Virus record (IMG/VR): IMGVR_UViG_3300028549_001428
From: a virus
Taxonomy: Duplodnaviria > Heunggongvirae > Uroviricota > Caudoviricetes
DNA length: 64,000 bases
Strand: one strand, 5' to 3'
The position numbers and the translations under genes were made by a program. Under the pieces are notes generated by a model. The model was given only the letters and a program-made list of their open reading frames with translations. It was not told where the DNA came from and did no database searches. This document shows positions 10,084 to 19,910 of this stretch, in pieces (position 1 is the first letter of the stretch; each line of letters opens with the position of its first letter).

Positions 10084-11352
10084 TTAACTTTCTTTTTTGT
10101 CCCATTCTGCTAAATAAATTGGTGATCTGACTTTAAATGATATACTTGGATTGTCTTTTAATCTAATAACAATACCTTCTCTTCTAGTTGCTTCATTTAA
10201 TTTAGAATACCCATTGGAATAATCTAATAATTCAGCAACCGTCTCTGGAAGTGTAAAATTATCATCCAACACGGGAGCCATTTTAAAATCATTATCCTTA
10301 CAGAATTTAACCAATTCATCGTATGCCATCATTTCTTTACTATCTATTTTATATACATCGAATATATAAATATCAGTTGTATTTAACTTATATACATTTT
10401 TTTGAATTTTTATTCCAATATGTTCACCCCTAACAAATAAATTTTGACCAGCATGAATTAGTTTCTTTCTGAATTCAAGACGATTGACTGTATTCCAGAA
10501 TTGAGAATATTCGGTTTTAGGGATGCTTCTAACATGAGAGCAAACACCAAACCGATTAATCTTAATGATTCCACCCAAGAACTTAGTAATACGAAGATGT
10601 GCTGAAATATTCTGACCTTCAAGTTTTTCAGTCACATACCATTTCTTATCACCATGCGTATTTTTCATACGAGTAAATACAGCCTGTGCATTCTTCTGAT
10701 CTGACTTAGATGGGAAGAATGAATACCAGTTATCATTCTCGTATGCACCAAGCAATCTAATCTTACGATATACAGAGAACTTCATTAGGTGCTTATCAAG
10801 GAATCGTTTGATAGGATTCTTAATAGGTTGAGGCATAAACACACCAGCTTCTTCCGCATCTTCGACAATCTGGGTAATACCTAGTTCTTTTGTAACATCC
10901 TGTCCTACAATATAATTTCTACCTAATGGCAATAATTCAAATGTATTAAATAAAATACCTTGTGAAATAATATTAAAAATTACATAAGGAACACAACGAA
11001 CCTTAAATTTTCTACTACGAAGAATTTCAGTAGCTGGTAAAGAATTAAAGCTGGTTAGTTCGGTGATTCGATCCTTAATAACCTTAATTTCATCAACATG
11101 CTTATCTCGTTTTCTATTCAGTTTGGTTAGCTGTTGCGTAAGCGTGTTCATCTCTTCCCTATATTCTTCTGGTAGAGTATCGGGGAAAATTGAATCCATT
11201 TCTACATATACAGCTAGATCACCAACCATAAACTGTCCTTTACGGACAACAACATGCCAATCAAGAACCTGTGCCATTTCAATCGAATCAGCACCTTCAA
11301 TTGGATACACCTTTACAATTTGCTCAACATGAGCCATTGATTTTCCATACAT
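10084..11352 (-). CDS. ATP-dependent RNA ligase, DRB0094-like
   Basis: N-terminal PIEGADSIE...VVRKGQF...VYVEMDS OB domain; motif I EKLEG, RGEHIG, FDVY, REGIV, SFKV. Confidence 0.85.
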   Translation of the reverse strand: MYGKSMAHVEQIVKVYPIEGADSIEMAQVLDWHVVVRKGQFMVGDLAVYVEMDSIFPDTLPEEYREEMNTLTQQLTKLNRKRDKHVDEIKVIKDRITELTSFNSLPATEILRSRKFKVRCVPYVIFNIISQGILFNTFELLPLGRNYIVGQDVTKELGITQIVEDAEEAGVFMPQPIKNPIKRFLDKHLMKFSVYRKIRLLGAYENDNWYSFFPSKSDQKNAQAVFTRMKNTHGDKKWYVTEKLEGQNISAHLRITKFLGGIIKINRFGVCSHVRSIPKTEYSQFWNTVNRLEFRKKLIHAGQNLFVRGEHIGIKIQKNVYKLNTTDIYIFDVYKIDSKEMMAYDELVKFCKDNDFKMAPVLDDNFTLPETVAELLDYSNGYSKLNEATRREGIVIRLKDNPSISFKVRSPIYLAEWDKKES

Positions 11353-11365
11353 AATTTATTTTCCT

Positions 11366-11698
11366 TTATTCCACCATTTTTGCTTGTATTCTTCTGGTAG
11401 TTTTTCTAAACATTTTTCTTTTGATGTTATCATCGGATAATCCAAGTGATTCAGTTGGGTCATTTAAAGAACTTTCAGTAAGTACCAACCCCAAATCAAT
11501 TCGCATGATTGGTTTTCCGTTCTCAATCTGTACCATCATATAATTAGGAAAGTTCAATGCAATTTCCTTCTTGCATTTCTTACATGATAGTTTCTTACTA
11601 TCAGTATTCATCACATCAGATATGAAATACTTAATAACTTCACCGCATGAATGGGTGAAGCTCATTTCTGGTTCACATGATCCATTTACAGTACGCAT
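11366..11698 (-). CDS. Hypothetical protein, possible Zn-binding
   Basis: HSC...CKKC; coupled to neighbouring genes. Confidence 0.5.
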   Translation of the reverse strand: MRTVNGSCEPEMSFTHSCGEVIKYFISDVMNTDSKKLSCKKCKKEIALNFPNYMMVQIENGKPIMRIDLGLVLTESSLNDPTESLGLSDDNIKRKMFRKTTRRIQAKMVE

Positions 11699-11904
11699 TA
11701 TGTTTCATCCACCTTGATTGGATTAAGTTCATTTCCTGTTGCCTCAACCCAATCGTTATCAATAGGCACAGTTGAATTACCACAAAGTTTGCATGTATAT
11801 ACATCAGCATAGAATACAACCGAATCGTTAATTACGATAGGTTTTGCTGTCTTTGTACAAGCCATGAACACACAACAATTAGCACATAAAACTCGTTTAA
11901 TCAT
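11698..11904 (-). CDS. Small Zn-ribbon protein
   Basis: CANC...CKLC; stop overlaps the next start. Confidence 0.5.
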   Translation of the reverse strand: MIKRVLCANCCVFMACTKTAKPIVINDSVVFYADVYTCKLCGNSTVPIDNDWVEATGNELNPIKVDET

Positions 11905-11912
11905 AATTTACT

Positions 11913-12335
11913 TTAGTTCCAGTTACAAACATAAATTTCAATGTCGGTATTTGCAAATTCTGCCTTCAATATTTCTCTTGCTTGAGGCCATGATAACTTA
12001 TCAAGACCACATCCAATCTTTGGCATAGCAATCTGCTTGAGGTCTTCCTGTACTGCAATGTCACGCATCTTAATGATGGACATATGCAAAGAATTGAGAG
12101 TAGGCTTACCACTGCTCTTTGCTTTAGTAATCAGATTGAAAACACGACCTGTAAGAATAGTAGTTGGGTGATGTAGAGGAAGTCCAGTATTTAGAATCTT
12201 TCCACGCAGACCAAATGTTTTCTGCATAGGAACCGCAATACCAGCAGCCATTCCTAAGTCACTGGCAATACAATGAGCCAAATGATAAGTATCAGGCATC
12301 GTAAATAGACCTCGATATTCTTCAGTATATGTCAT
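11913..12335 (-). CDS. Macrodomain ADP-ribosylhydrolase (TARG1/DarG/Poa1-like)
   Basis: LAHCIASDLGMAAGIA, FNLITK and IAMPKIGCGLDKLSW. Start moved to MTYTEE just after the tilS stop. Confidence 0.85.
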   Translation of the reverse strand: MTYTEEYRGLFTMPDTYHLAHCIASDLGMAAGIAVPMQKTFGLRGKILNTGLPLHHPTTILTGRVFNLITKAKSSGKPTLNSLHMSIIKMRDIAVQEDLKQIAMPKIGCGLDKLSWPQAREILKAEFANTDIEIYVCNWN

Positions 12336-12339
12336 TAAC

Positions 12340-13200
12340 TCAATCCTTAAAGGTGATGATATTCCATTGCTTCTTTCTTTTATCACACACGAAATGATTC
12401 GTAGTGAATTTATTCAAAGAGTTATCAGTTGAAAAAATATTATTATACATTTTTTCACTTAATGAGCAATGCTTGCTCATAATCTTAGATAAATATAGAA
12501 ATAATAAGTCATCTTGTCCAAGATTTTTATCAATTTTAATTTCATTTTCACTAATGATGATACAATCGGCATATTCAATAGATGCCATATCAATTAATTT
12601 AGGTAACAATTCTTGTACCAGTGAGGCAATATTGCAGAGCGAATCAACCATAGAATCCTCTACATATTCATGCCTAAACCAATTACGTAGATATTTGGTA
12701 TCAGTATTGGTAGAATCCTCATGAAATGGGATTTCTAGGCGTTTGCATTCGCTGTAAATATATTCTTTTGTTAGGTGAAGCATTGGTCTAACCAAGTTCC
12801 CTAAACTTTTATGCACACCAGCCAAGCCACCGAATCCAGTGCCTCTTAGAAGGCGCATTAGAACCGTTTCTGCTTGGTCATTCGCATTATGTGCAGTGAT
12901 TACCGTATTGATATTATAAGTGGCACACAACTCCTTAAAAAAGGAATGCCGCACATCCCTTGCCCACTCTTCGATACCAGTATCTTTAGTAGGGTAAACT
13001 TCCAGTACATGGAAGGGAATATTAAATTGAGTGCAATAGTCATGCACAAGTTTTTGATCCACATCGGAATCAGTTCTGATATGATAGTTGACATGTGCAA
13101 CATGAATACCAGAAACATGTCTGTATTGGTGGAGCAAATACATCGAATCAGCACCACCCGACACAGCCAATAAAGAATTTTCGATAAGGTCAATTTCCAT
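12340..13200 (-). CDS. tilS: tRNA(Ile)-lysidine synthetase, short form
   Basis: AVSGGADS PP-loop, HVNYHIR, EEWARDVR, TAHNANDQAETVLMRLLRGTG, DSTN..YLRN. Confidence 0.92.
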   Translation of the reverse strand: MEIDLIENSLLAVSGGADSMYLLHQYRHVSGIHVAHVNYHIRTDSDVDQKLVHDYCTQFNIPFHVLEVYPTKDTGIEEWARDVRHSFFKELCATYNINTVITAHNANDQAETVLMRLLRGTGFGGLAGVHKSLGNLVRPMLHLTKEYIYSECKRLEIPFHEDSTNTDTKYLRNWFRHEYVEDSMVDSLCNIASLVQELLPKLIDMASIEYADCIIISENEIKIDKNLGQDDLLFLYLSKIMSKHCSLSEKMYNNIFSTDNSLNKFTTNHFVCDKRKKQWNIITFKD

Positions 13201-13206
13201 GACCAT

Positions 13207-13235
13207 AATATAGAAAACTACTATAGTTCTGTCAA
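13207..13235 (-). promoter_or_regulatory. Sigma70-type promoter TTGACA-N17-TATATT
   Basis: Exact match; predicted start site coincides with the tilS ATG at 13200. Confidence 0.75.
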
Positions 13236-13243
13236 TGAAAAAT

Positions 13244-13269
13244 AAAAAAAGCCATATTACTGGCTTTTT
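13244..13269. terminator. Intrinsic terminator
   Basis: A7-GCCA-TATTAC-TGGC-T5. Confidence 0.65.
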
Positions 13270-13273
13270 CTAT

Positions 13274-13480
13274 TTAATCGTCATATTCTAACATACCGTC
13301 ATTTTCAAATTCAATACGTTCTTTTTCATCACGAATATTTAACTTATCGAAACAATCCTGACATACGCTTATTTCATAGTATGGGAATAATTCACTTTCA
13401 TCAGATACACGAGCACCGCATCTATCGCATGCGCATTCTTCTGTCTGATCGTCCATTAAATACAAATCGGAATTTTTCAT
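13274..13480 (-). CDS. Small acidic Zn-finger protein
   Basis: CDRC...CQDC; GGAG SD upstream. Confidence 0.6.
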   Translation of the reverse strand: MKNSDLYLMDDQTEECACDRCGARVSDESELFPYYEISVCQDCFDKLNIRDEKERIEFENDGMLEYDD

Positions 13481-13577
13481 CTATAATCTCCAATAGAGTT
13501 TTCTATTAATTCGATATTAGTTTATTATTTACTAATATCGAATCATAAAAATTGAAAATTATAAACTAATTTCTATA

Positions 13578-14105
13578 TTAATTTCTCACCAAATCTACAA
13601 TTTCAGCGCAGATACCCTGAAGATATTCCTCAGAGAAATCGCTTGGAGAAATAACAAATTCCTTACTTACACCGATGGTAGCACCAGACGCAATCAGGGA
13701 CTCTCTCATAGCGACAAGACGATCCGGTGGAACTCCATGTGTCTGACGAGCAAAATGTTTATTGACATCATCAGGCAAGAATCGAACTGCGATAACAGGA
13801 TAACCAGCACCAACAGCAGACTCAGTATAGTTCTTGTATTCCTTTGCCTTTAAATTTGTGTTATCTACGACAACAACATTAACATCGGTATTCAAGGAAG
13901 TACAAAAATCCTCATGGTTTCTACGATGGAAGTAAGCCAACTTACTCATCTGAAATACGTATTTACCATCCACCATATGAAAATCATCGGTGGAATGGAT
14001 AGAAATGTCAAGTCCTTGTTGTTCACACACGGACTTCAGAATACGATTGAACGTACTCTTACCAGAGCCAGGGATACCCCGACTAATCAATGCAATTTTA
14101 CTCAT
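13578..14105 (-). CDS. P-loop kinase (AAA_33 / polynucleotide kinase-like)
   Basis: RGIPGSGKST, HSTDDF, VVVDNTN and RQTHGVP. Confidence 0.8.
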   Translation of the reverse strand: MSKIALISRGIPGSGKSTFNRILKSVCEQQGLDISIHSTDDFHMVDGKYVFQMSKLAYFHRRNHEDFCTSLNTDVNVVVVDNTNLKAKEYKNYTESAVGAGYPVIAVRFLPDDVNKHFARQTHGVPPDRLVAMRESLIASGATIGVSKEFVISPSDFSEEYLQGICAEIVDLVRN

Positions 14106-14125
14106 ATATTCTCCTATATAACATC

Positions 14126-14154
14126 AATGTAGAAAAATTATGGTGATATGTCAA
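14126..14154 (-). promoter_or_regulatory. Sigma70-type promoter TTGACA-N17-TACATT
   Basis: Upstream of the kinase, with AGGAG SD. Confidence 0.65.
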
Positions 14155-14417
14155 GGTTTAATTTTATGCAATTCAGGGTATACCCGATGAGAACCGTTTA
14201 AATACTTAGTATATAATCCCTTAGTAAAAGGATCTATCTTATCTCGCAACGCACTATGTCGCTCTAACTCCTCAAAATAACCCTTATTCAGAGTAACTTT
14301 GGATTCGAGTAAAACTGCCATTTTAGACGCTTCTTCCGTTGTTCTAATTGGTTCACCTATTTCACTTTCAATCATAGGAACCCATTTTTCTATTCTTTTG
14401 TGTATGTTTATTGGCAT
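14151..14417 (-). CDS. Hypothetical protein
   Basis: Start overlaps the upstream stop (TAATG). Confidence 0.5.
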   Translation of the reverse strand: MPINIHKRIEKWVPMIESEIGEPIRTTEEASKMAVLLESKVTLNKGYFEELERHSALRDKIDPFTKGLYTKYLNGSHRVYPELHKIKP

Positions 14418-15277
14418 TATAGTATCTCAGGAAATTCTTCTGGGTTCGGTCCAACACTGCGCCAATTCAATGACGGTGCATGAGTATTGGTTCTCCAATG
14501 ATTCCATACTTTTATTAACATAGCAACTCTAACTACAACAGGACTTGGGTTATTTGCTGTTCCACGCAACCATAATTTGTATTGATACATTGCATCATAA
14601 TTTCTCAATCCTAAACTCTCGTATTCTTCTACAGGCATATCTAGAATTTCAATGAATTTCTTTGCCATATATTCATTTTTTGATTTCATTATATGATATA
14701 AAAATGCCAATACCGATTGTGAAACACCTGAGTTTTTACGGCAGTTAGCTATATAATTAAATGATTCAACTATGTCTTGATTTGCATTAAGAAATTCCAA
14801 TGCTGTATTATTTTCAATACTTTGAGCAACGCTTACATAATTTTTATACTTGTTTACATATCGGTAGTACAATTTTACCGCAGATGCTAAATTTCTTGTA
14901 TTTTTATAGCCAATTGAAGCTAATACATCTTCAAATTCCAATCGTTTCTTATTGTCAATAGTTGAATCATCGTGTATTAACACAGGAAATATAAATAATG
15001 ATTTTTTTGTTTGAACAACAGCATGAGTTCTATGTTGTCCATCCTTCATTTTTCCATCTTTATCAATTCCAATTGTGTCGCCATTAAATTGCCATTTACC
15101 CTGTTTCATCGACTTAGCATATCGAGTAACTTCATTTGGAGAAACCCTTCTAAAATTATCATTAGCTTGCATTAATAGTTTTTTAGCGATATCAGGTGTT
15201 ATCTCAACCAAATCATCTTTAGTTAATGCATTTACTTTAACACCAGCAATAGTTATTTTTTTCATGTTAGTTACCAC
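14417..15277 (-). CDS. ParB/Srx-like protein (DGQHR)
   Basis: ITPDIAKKLL, NFRR, WQFNGDTI and DGQHR. Confidence 0.7.
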   Translation of the reverse strand: MVTNMKKITIAGVKVNALTKDDLVEITPDIAKKLLMQANDNFRRVSPNEVTRYAKSMKQGKWQFNGDTIGIDKDGKMKDGQHRTHAVVQTKKSLFIFPVLIHDDSTIDNKKRLEFEDVLASIGYKNTRNLASAVKLYYRYVNKYKNYVSVAQSIENNTALEFLNANQDIVESFNYIANCRKNSGVSQSVLAFLYHIMKSKNEYMAKKFIEILDMPVEEYESLGLRNYDAMYQYKLWLRGTANNPSPVVVRVAMLIKVWNHWRTNTHAPSLNWRSVGPNPEEFPEIL

Positions 15278-16127
15278 TCATCATGTGTATTTCAGGTATT
15301 TTCTTTGATGAAGTCCAATGTAATGAATTACAACTTAGGTTTTGCTTCAATAAATTATATGATTTTATTAATAATGCAAGCTGTTTCTTCTTTGACATTT
15401 CTGTTCTGGTTTGTAACGAATTAGTTACTATGTTTCTGAACATTACTACTGGATGTGTAGAACCTGCTGGTATTTTATTTGATAATACATCTAAAAACTC
15501 ATTTGCTATCTTTGGTTTCTTATCAATGAATCGACATAGGTAATCTAAAATAATCAAATGATATAATGTAGTTATTAAGTATTTTTGCTTATTGTCCATT
15601 ATTAGATTAACTGAAGTGGTTAAATCTGGGGTACTTTCAATTATATCCAAAATTTCTTTATTTGATACATTTGACTCATATTTCTCTTTGATTCCATCAC
15701 TATCATCATCTGCGGTTAATATACCATTCAATATTAGTGAACATTGATATAGTGCCTTTGGGTGTTTGTATCCTTTCTTGGCAATCAATTGAACTACATT
15801 TCTAGCACGACCAGTATCCGTTGTGTACTGACCTTTTATATCAACGCCCCAAACAATCAATGTCTTGAATGATATGCCTGTATTTACACATGCAGTTAAT
15901 CTAACTTGTCCATCAACCAAATTTCCATTAGAATCTAACGAAATCGTAGCACCATTAAACTTAAAATTGTCTGAATAAAGATCACTTTCAATTTTCTCGA
16001 CTCTTGCTTTGTCGATTTTCTTTGCGCATTTGTTTTTTGATAATAATTCAGATGCCATTTTTGGAGTCATTAATATGGCATCATCAATATCATAACACTT
16101 TAATTTGTTTATTATTTTCATGTTCAT
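15267..16127 (-). CDS. ParB/Srx-like paralog (DGQVR)
   Basis: MTPKMASELL, FKFNGATI, DGQVRL and DTGRAR. Confidence 0.65.
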   Translation of the reverse strand: MNMKIINKLKCYDIDDAILMTPKMASELLSKNKCAKKIDKARVEKIESDLYSDNFKFNGATISLDSNGNLVDGQVRLTACVNTGISFKTLIVWGVDIKGQYTTDTGRARNVVQLIAKKGYKHPKALYQCSLILNGILTADDDSDGIKEKYESNVSNKEILDIIESTPDLTTSVNLIMDNKQKYLITTLYHLIILDYLCRFIDKKPKIANEFLDVLSNKIPAGSTHPVVMFRNIVTNSLQTRTEMSKKKQLALLIKSYNLLKQNLSCNSLHWTSSKKIPEIHMMSGN

Positions 16128-16171
16128 TCCAAATAGTTATTATCAAATATAGCAAAAAATATAAGTTTTTG

Positions 16172-16179
16172 TTATAAAC
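16172..16179 (+). promoter_or_regulatory. Late-type promoter box TTATAAAC
   Basis: Upstream of ORF 16201. Confidence 0.5.
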
Positions 16180-16200
16180 ATAATTAAAAGGGATATAAAT

Positions 16201-16389
16201 ATGAAAGAAGTTTATGACAATGACTTTTATGAAGAAGTTGGTGATTTATTATCACCATTTAGGCAAAAATATGCTGGTGCAATCATTGGAAAAGATGGAG
16301 CAGATCCATTCGCTAAAGACCCTGATTCACTTCAAGGCGACCATGACGGGCAATTAAGAGAAAAACAATCAAATAATCTCAATCTTTGA
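16201..16389 (+). CDS. Small acidic hypothetical protein
   Basis: Late box and AAGGGA SD upstream. Confidence 0.5.
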   Translation: MKEVYDNDFYEEVGDLLSPFRQKYAGAIIGKDGADPFAKDPDSLQGDHDGQLREKQSNNLNL

Positions 16390-17730
16390 TTCAATATAGC
16401 CGCATTCTTCTTTGGTGAGATTATACTTTTGATATAAAAATTCATCGGTATATTCAACAGTATAGGAACCCATATCAGGAACCCATATAAATTTTTCCTT
16501 GTTTAATATTGGTGATAATGCTCTAATTCCAAGTACAAATCTATAGAATTTAGTTTTCATATATTTAACATAGTTGATTGCTTCTGGTTCAGTATCAAAA
16601 TGAGCAACTACTATATAAGTATATGTACTAACTTCATATGGTGCTAATATAATGATATCACCAAATACTCGTTTAGTGCCATAATTAGCTTCATTTCTAG
16701 CACCACCATTAACAGTTGCTGTGCATATTTTCCATTTATGTACTATCTTTGGTTTGTCCTTTACATATTTACAATCTACATATTTATATGCCTTAGTGCT
16801 ATATTTATCACCTTTACATAGACATTTTAATCCCGTAGTGGAATAATTACTGAAATTGGTTGGAAGTCCAAATATACTTATACTTTGACATAAATAAGCA
16901 ACAGATGATTTAAGAGGCAATATTTTATTTAATATATCTATAGCATTATTATCAATTACTATTATATCATATTCATCAAGATATCGTTCTCTCATAGTAC
17001 CATCTGAATAGATTTCACATGTGCCATTATGATTTTTATCTATTAGAAAATAACTAACACCACCAGGAATCACAACATCGGGGAATACTTTACTTAAACC
17101 ACCAAAATGATGAATTTCTTTTATTGTGCGCAAATTCATCATATAATTTCGATAATCATCCAATCCTTTACCACCTATCATCCATCTTGATGGTGTGATA
17201 AATGTGAAATATTCTGGATTTATGTTATTTATAATAGATTCAACAAATATATTATAAATAGTATCATATACATTGCCAGTATCCGAGTGTGGTTTTGCAA
17301 AGGGTGGGTTTCCGACAACTACAACCTTTTTTTGATCAATCACCTCATATAAATATGAGGTCTTGTCATTTATCAACTGCAATGAGTCATCAACTTTGTG
17401 TATTTTGTTAAATGAATCTATTGGGATATTCAAAATCTTGCTTAATCTAGTTTTACAATCTAATATGTTAGCATCCAATATATCAAACCCAATCAATTTA
17501 TCGGCTATATCATACACAGAAATACCTAGATTTAATAATTTTAAAGCAATTTGGACTAAAAAATTACCGTTTCCACAGGTAGGTTCAAAATATATAACAG
17601 ATGTATCTGTCCATATAAATGGAGGTAGTTTGTCTAACATTTCATCTACTATGTTTATAGGAGTGTATACCTCTCCATGACTTCTTATATTATCTTTGGA
17701 CCTATACTTGGATTCATTCACATCATACAT
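16369..17730 (-). CDS. N6-adenine DNA methyltransferase (Eco57I-like M domain plus specificity region)
   Basis: GEVYTP, FEPTCGNGNFL, GNPPF and FITPSRW; no cognate endonuclease adjacent. Confidence 0.85.
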   Translation of the reverse strand: MYDVNESKYRSKDNIRSHGEVYTPINIVDEMLDKLPPFIWTDTSVIYFEPTCGNGNFLVQIALKLLNLGISVYDIADKLIGFDILDANILDCKTRLSKILNIPIDSFNKIHKVDDSLQLINDKTSYLYEVIDQKKVVVVGNPPFAKPHSDTGNVYDTIYNIFVESIINNINPEYFTFITPSRWMIGGKGLDDYRNYMMNLRTIKEIHHFGGLSKVFPDVVIPGGVSYFLIDKNHNGTCEIYSDGTMRERYLDEYDIIVIDNNAIDILNKILPLKSSVAYLCQSISIFGLPTNFSNYSTTGLKCLCKGDKYSTKAYKYVDCKYVKDKPKIVHKWKICTATVNGGARNEANYGTKRVFGDIIILAPYEVSTYTYIVVAHFDTEPEAINYVKYMKTKFYRFVLGIRALSPILNKEKFIWVPDMGSYTVEYTDEFLYQKYNLTKEECGYIESKIEII

Positions 17731-17773
17731 TAAAAACTACCTAAATCGATATATACATAATATATTTTAATTT

Positions 17774-17781
17774 TTATAAAC
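17774..17781 (+). promoter_or_regulatory. Late-type promoter box TTATAAAC
   Basis: Upstream of ORF 17804. Confidence 0.55.
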
Positions 17782-17803
17782 TATTAAAAAATAGGAATGT
17801 ATT

Positions 17804-19291
17804 ATGACACTATTAGAATATGCACATGGTTGGTATGATTTATATCAAAACACAAAACCATATATGGAATTTAGAACGTTTGTTGAAAGCCTAAAAAGAC
17901 CAGCAAATAAAACCTTAATTGAATCAATTAGTAATGGTGTTAGCATTATAATTGAAGCAAATTTAGGCATGAAATTAGGTACAATAAAAAATGATACCGC
18001 TGAATTTAAGCAATTAGTAGAAGGCGGTGATAAACGTGCTGTTTTGGGATATGCATTACCAATATTGTATAGACTAGTTCAAGCACAGGGCGGTGATGAT
18101 GCCACTAAAACCGATAGATTGTTAACTCATGCAGTTGATTACATCACAGATAACTGGAAAAAACTATTAGATTATGATGGTTCTACTAAACCAAGCACAT
18201 TTTTAAGTAATTTCGTATTATGGCCAGCAAAACAGACCAGAAAGAGAGAAGCAGGTAGAACACCAGAAGTAATAAATTATCCACATGCGGAATGCTATGC
18301 TACATTTGAAGAAGATTTTGACGGCATGAAAACTAAGGTGTATGGTATTGTAAAAGATCCTGATGTTCCTGGCGGTAAGGCAAAAATAAGTTGGAAAGGC
18401 GGTCCAGATGAAGGAAGAATCACAACTGAGTACAAAGATGGATTAGTATTCTATGATTTAGTAGAAGATAGTAATAAAACTATATCAGCATCAACACCAC
18501 TAGGTTCAGGTCCAGATGATCAAAAAGAAACATTAGGCGATACTGCATCATTTGCTGATAAAAATCCTGAACAAGAAGCTAGAAGTACAGAAGCTAGTGG
18601 AATAATAACTAAAGCAATAAATAAAGCAGCTACTATATTAGCAGGTGAAGTTGAACCTGAAGATGATGCTAAATATGAAGCTCTCATCAAAACATTTAGT
18701 AAATACCTAAACGCAACCTTAACTAGTGCTGAAAATGCTGAAAATACTGCTTCATCTGAAGGTGATGTTGGATTCGACGTTAATGAAAAACGAAAAGAAG
18801 TAGTAATGAAACAAACTAGAAAAATTCAAAATTTGTGGATAGTAATACAAAAAGTCGTTAATAAATTAGAAAGTACTGGACAGCTACAAGAAATAGACCC
18901 ATCACTTATTGAAAGAGCAGGTGGTATACCTGTTGGTGATTATGTGAAATCGGAACTAAATAAGTTGACGGCAGCCCCAACAAACCCATCAAAAAAACCA
19001 GCTAATTCGGAAAATATTAAATCTATCATAGGCGATACACTATATGGATTGATATCAAAAGCAAAACAAGCTGATTTTGATATGGTTGATGGCTATTATA
19101 AAGAAATAGAGGATCTAAAATCAAATAAAGGAGCAGTTAATAGAAAAAATATTTTAGCTGAAAAATATGGAATAGGTCCAGCTATTGCAACTAAATTATA
19201 TAATAAATTCAAATCGGTAGCTGCTGATGATCCAGCAATGAAACGATACGGATCAAAGGAAAAAATACTAGCTGATTCAACAGAAGACTAA
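17804..19291 (+). CDS. Divergent sigma70-like protein with N-terminal putative virion-targeting motif
   Basis: FVESLKRPANKTLIESISNGVSIIIEA motif; region 2-like DYDGSTKPSTFL; region 3-like SASTPLGSGPDDQKETLGD; HTH-like ILAEKYGI. Confidence 0.45.
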   Translation: MTLLEYAHGWYDLYQNTKPYMEFRTFVESLKRPANKTLIESISNGVSIIIEANLGMKLGTIKNDTAEFKQLVEGGDKRAVLGYALPILYRLVQAQGGDDATKTDRLLTHAVDYITDNWKKLLDYDGSTKPSTFLSNFVLWPAKQTRKREAGRTPEVINYPHAECYATFEEDFDGMKTKVYGIVKDPDVPGGKAKISWKGGPDEGRITTEYKDGLVFYDLVEDSNKTISASTPLGSGPDDQKETLGDTASFADKNPEQEARSTEASGIITKAINKAATILAGEVEPEDDAKYEALIKTFSKYLNATLTSAENAENTASSEGDVGFDVNEKRKEVVMKQTRKIQNLWIVIQKVVNKLESTGQLQEIDPSLIERAGGIPVGDYVKSELNKLTAAPTNPSKKPANSENIKSIIGDTLYGLISKAKQADFDMVDGYYKEIEDLKSNKGAVNRKNILAEKYGIGPAIATKLYNKFKSVAADDPAMKRYGSKEKILADSTED

Positions 19292-19293
19292 AT

Positions 19294-19324
19294 AAAAAAA
19301 GACCGAATTCAATTCGGTCTTTTT
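19294..19324. terminator. Bidirectional intrinsic terminator
   Basis: A7-GACCGAATT-C-AATTCGGTC-T5. Confidence 0.8.
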
Positions 19325-19326
19325 CT

Positions 19327-19910
19327 TTATCTGCTCAATTTATTCGAATCATAGAACGTTGGTTCTTTCTTAGATACCCACTTAATAAAATTCTGAATAT
19401 CATTATTTTCTTTTAATTTTTCAATTGTATTATATGTATAAAATATTTCACTTTCTGTAAACAGGGAGTGAATTTTGCTATGGCATATTCTATGCAAATC
19501 AATAGTTTCGTTTGAGGCACCAGCCTTTAGCTTAGTTTTCAAGTGATGAGCACTACGTTCTGATTTTGGTAGAAAACGTCCACATAGAGGACAATTATCA
19601 TCCTCTCGTGGACGCATATATTCAGGCAGACGTTCTAAGTACAATTTGTCAATAACAGATTGCATTCGATCTCTACCTACTGGATTGCTACTAACGATTT
19701 TGATTTCTTGTTTAGGAAGATGTTCTGGGTGTTCTTCTAACCAACACATCACATCATATCCTGTCCATTCCTTACCATCTTCATCGTAACAGGCTAAAGC
19801 AACAGAACATCCCATTCCGATGTTTCTAATGCTTCTACACCGCTAAAATAGTCTCTAGCTACCTTTGTAGCTGGAAGGTTTCGGATATCGTCAATGGGTA
19901 ATATTTTCAT
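19327..19910 (-). pseudogene. Receiver-like (cyclic-phosphate-processing type) domain plus HNH domain, frameshifted near 19796
   Basis: ATG 19910 gives MKILPIDDIR...WDVLLL then TAG. Another frame continues LACYDEDGKEWTGYDVMCWLEE...SSNPVG and CPLCGR...HHL...CHSKIH. The expected DHD before L is missing. Confidence 0.65.

Noticed and set aside
9201-10084. Group I intron around the GIY-YIG endonuclease
   Set aside because: Flanks are under 40 nt and both neighbouring genes look complete, so the endonuclease is free-standing.
19794-19796. TAG in the receiver/HNH gene as a suppressor-tRNA target
   Set aside because: The homologous sequence continues in a different frame, so the TAG is a by-product of a frameshifting deletion.
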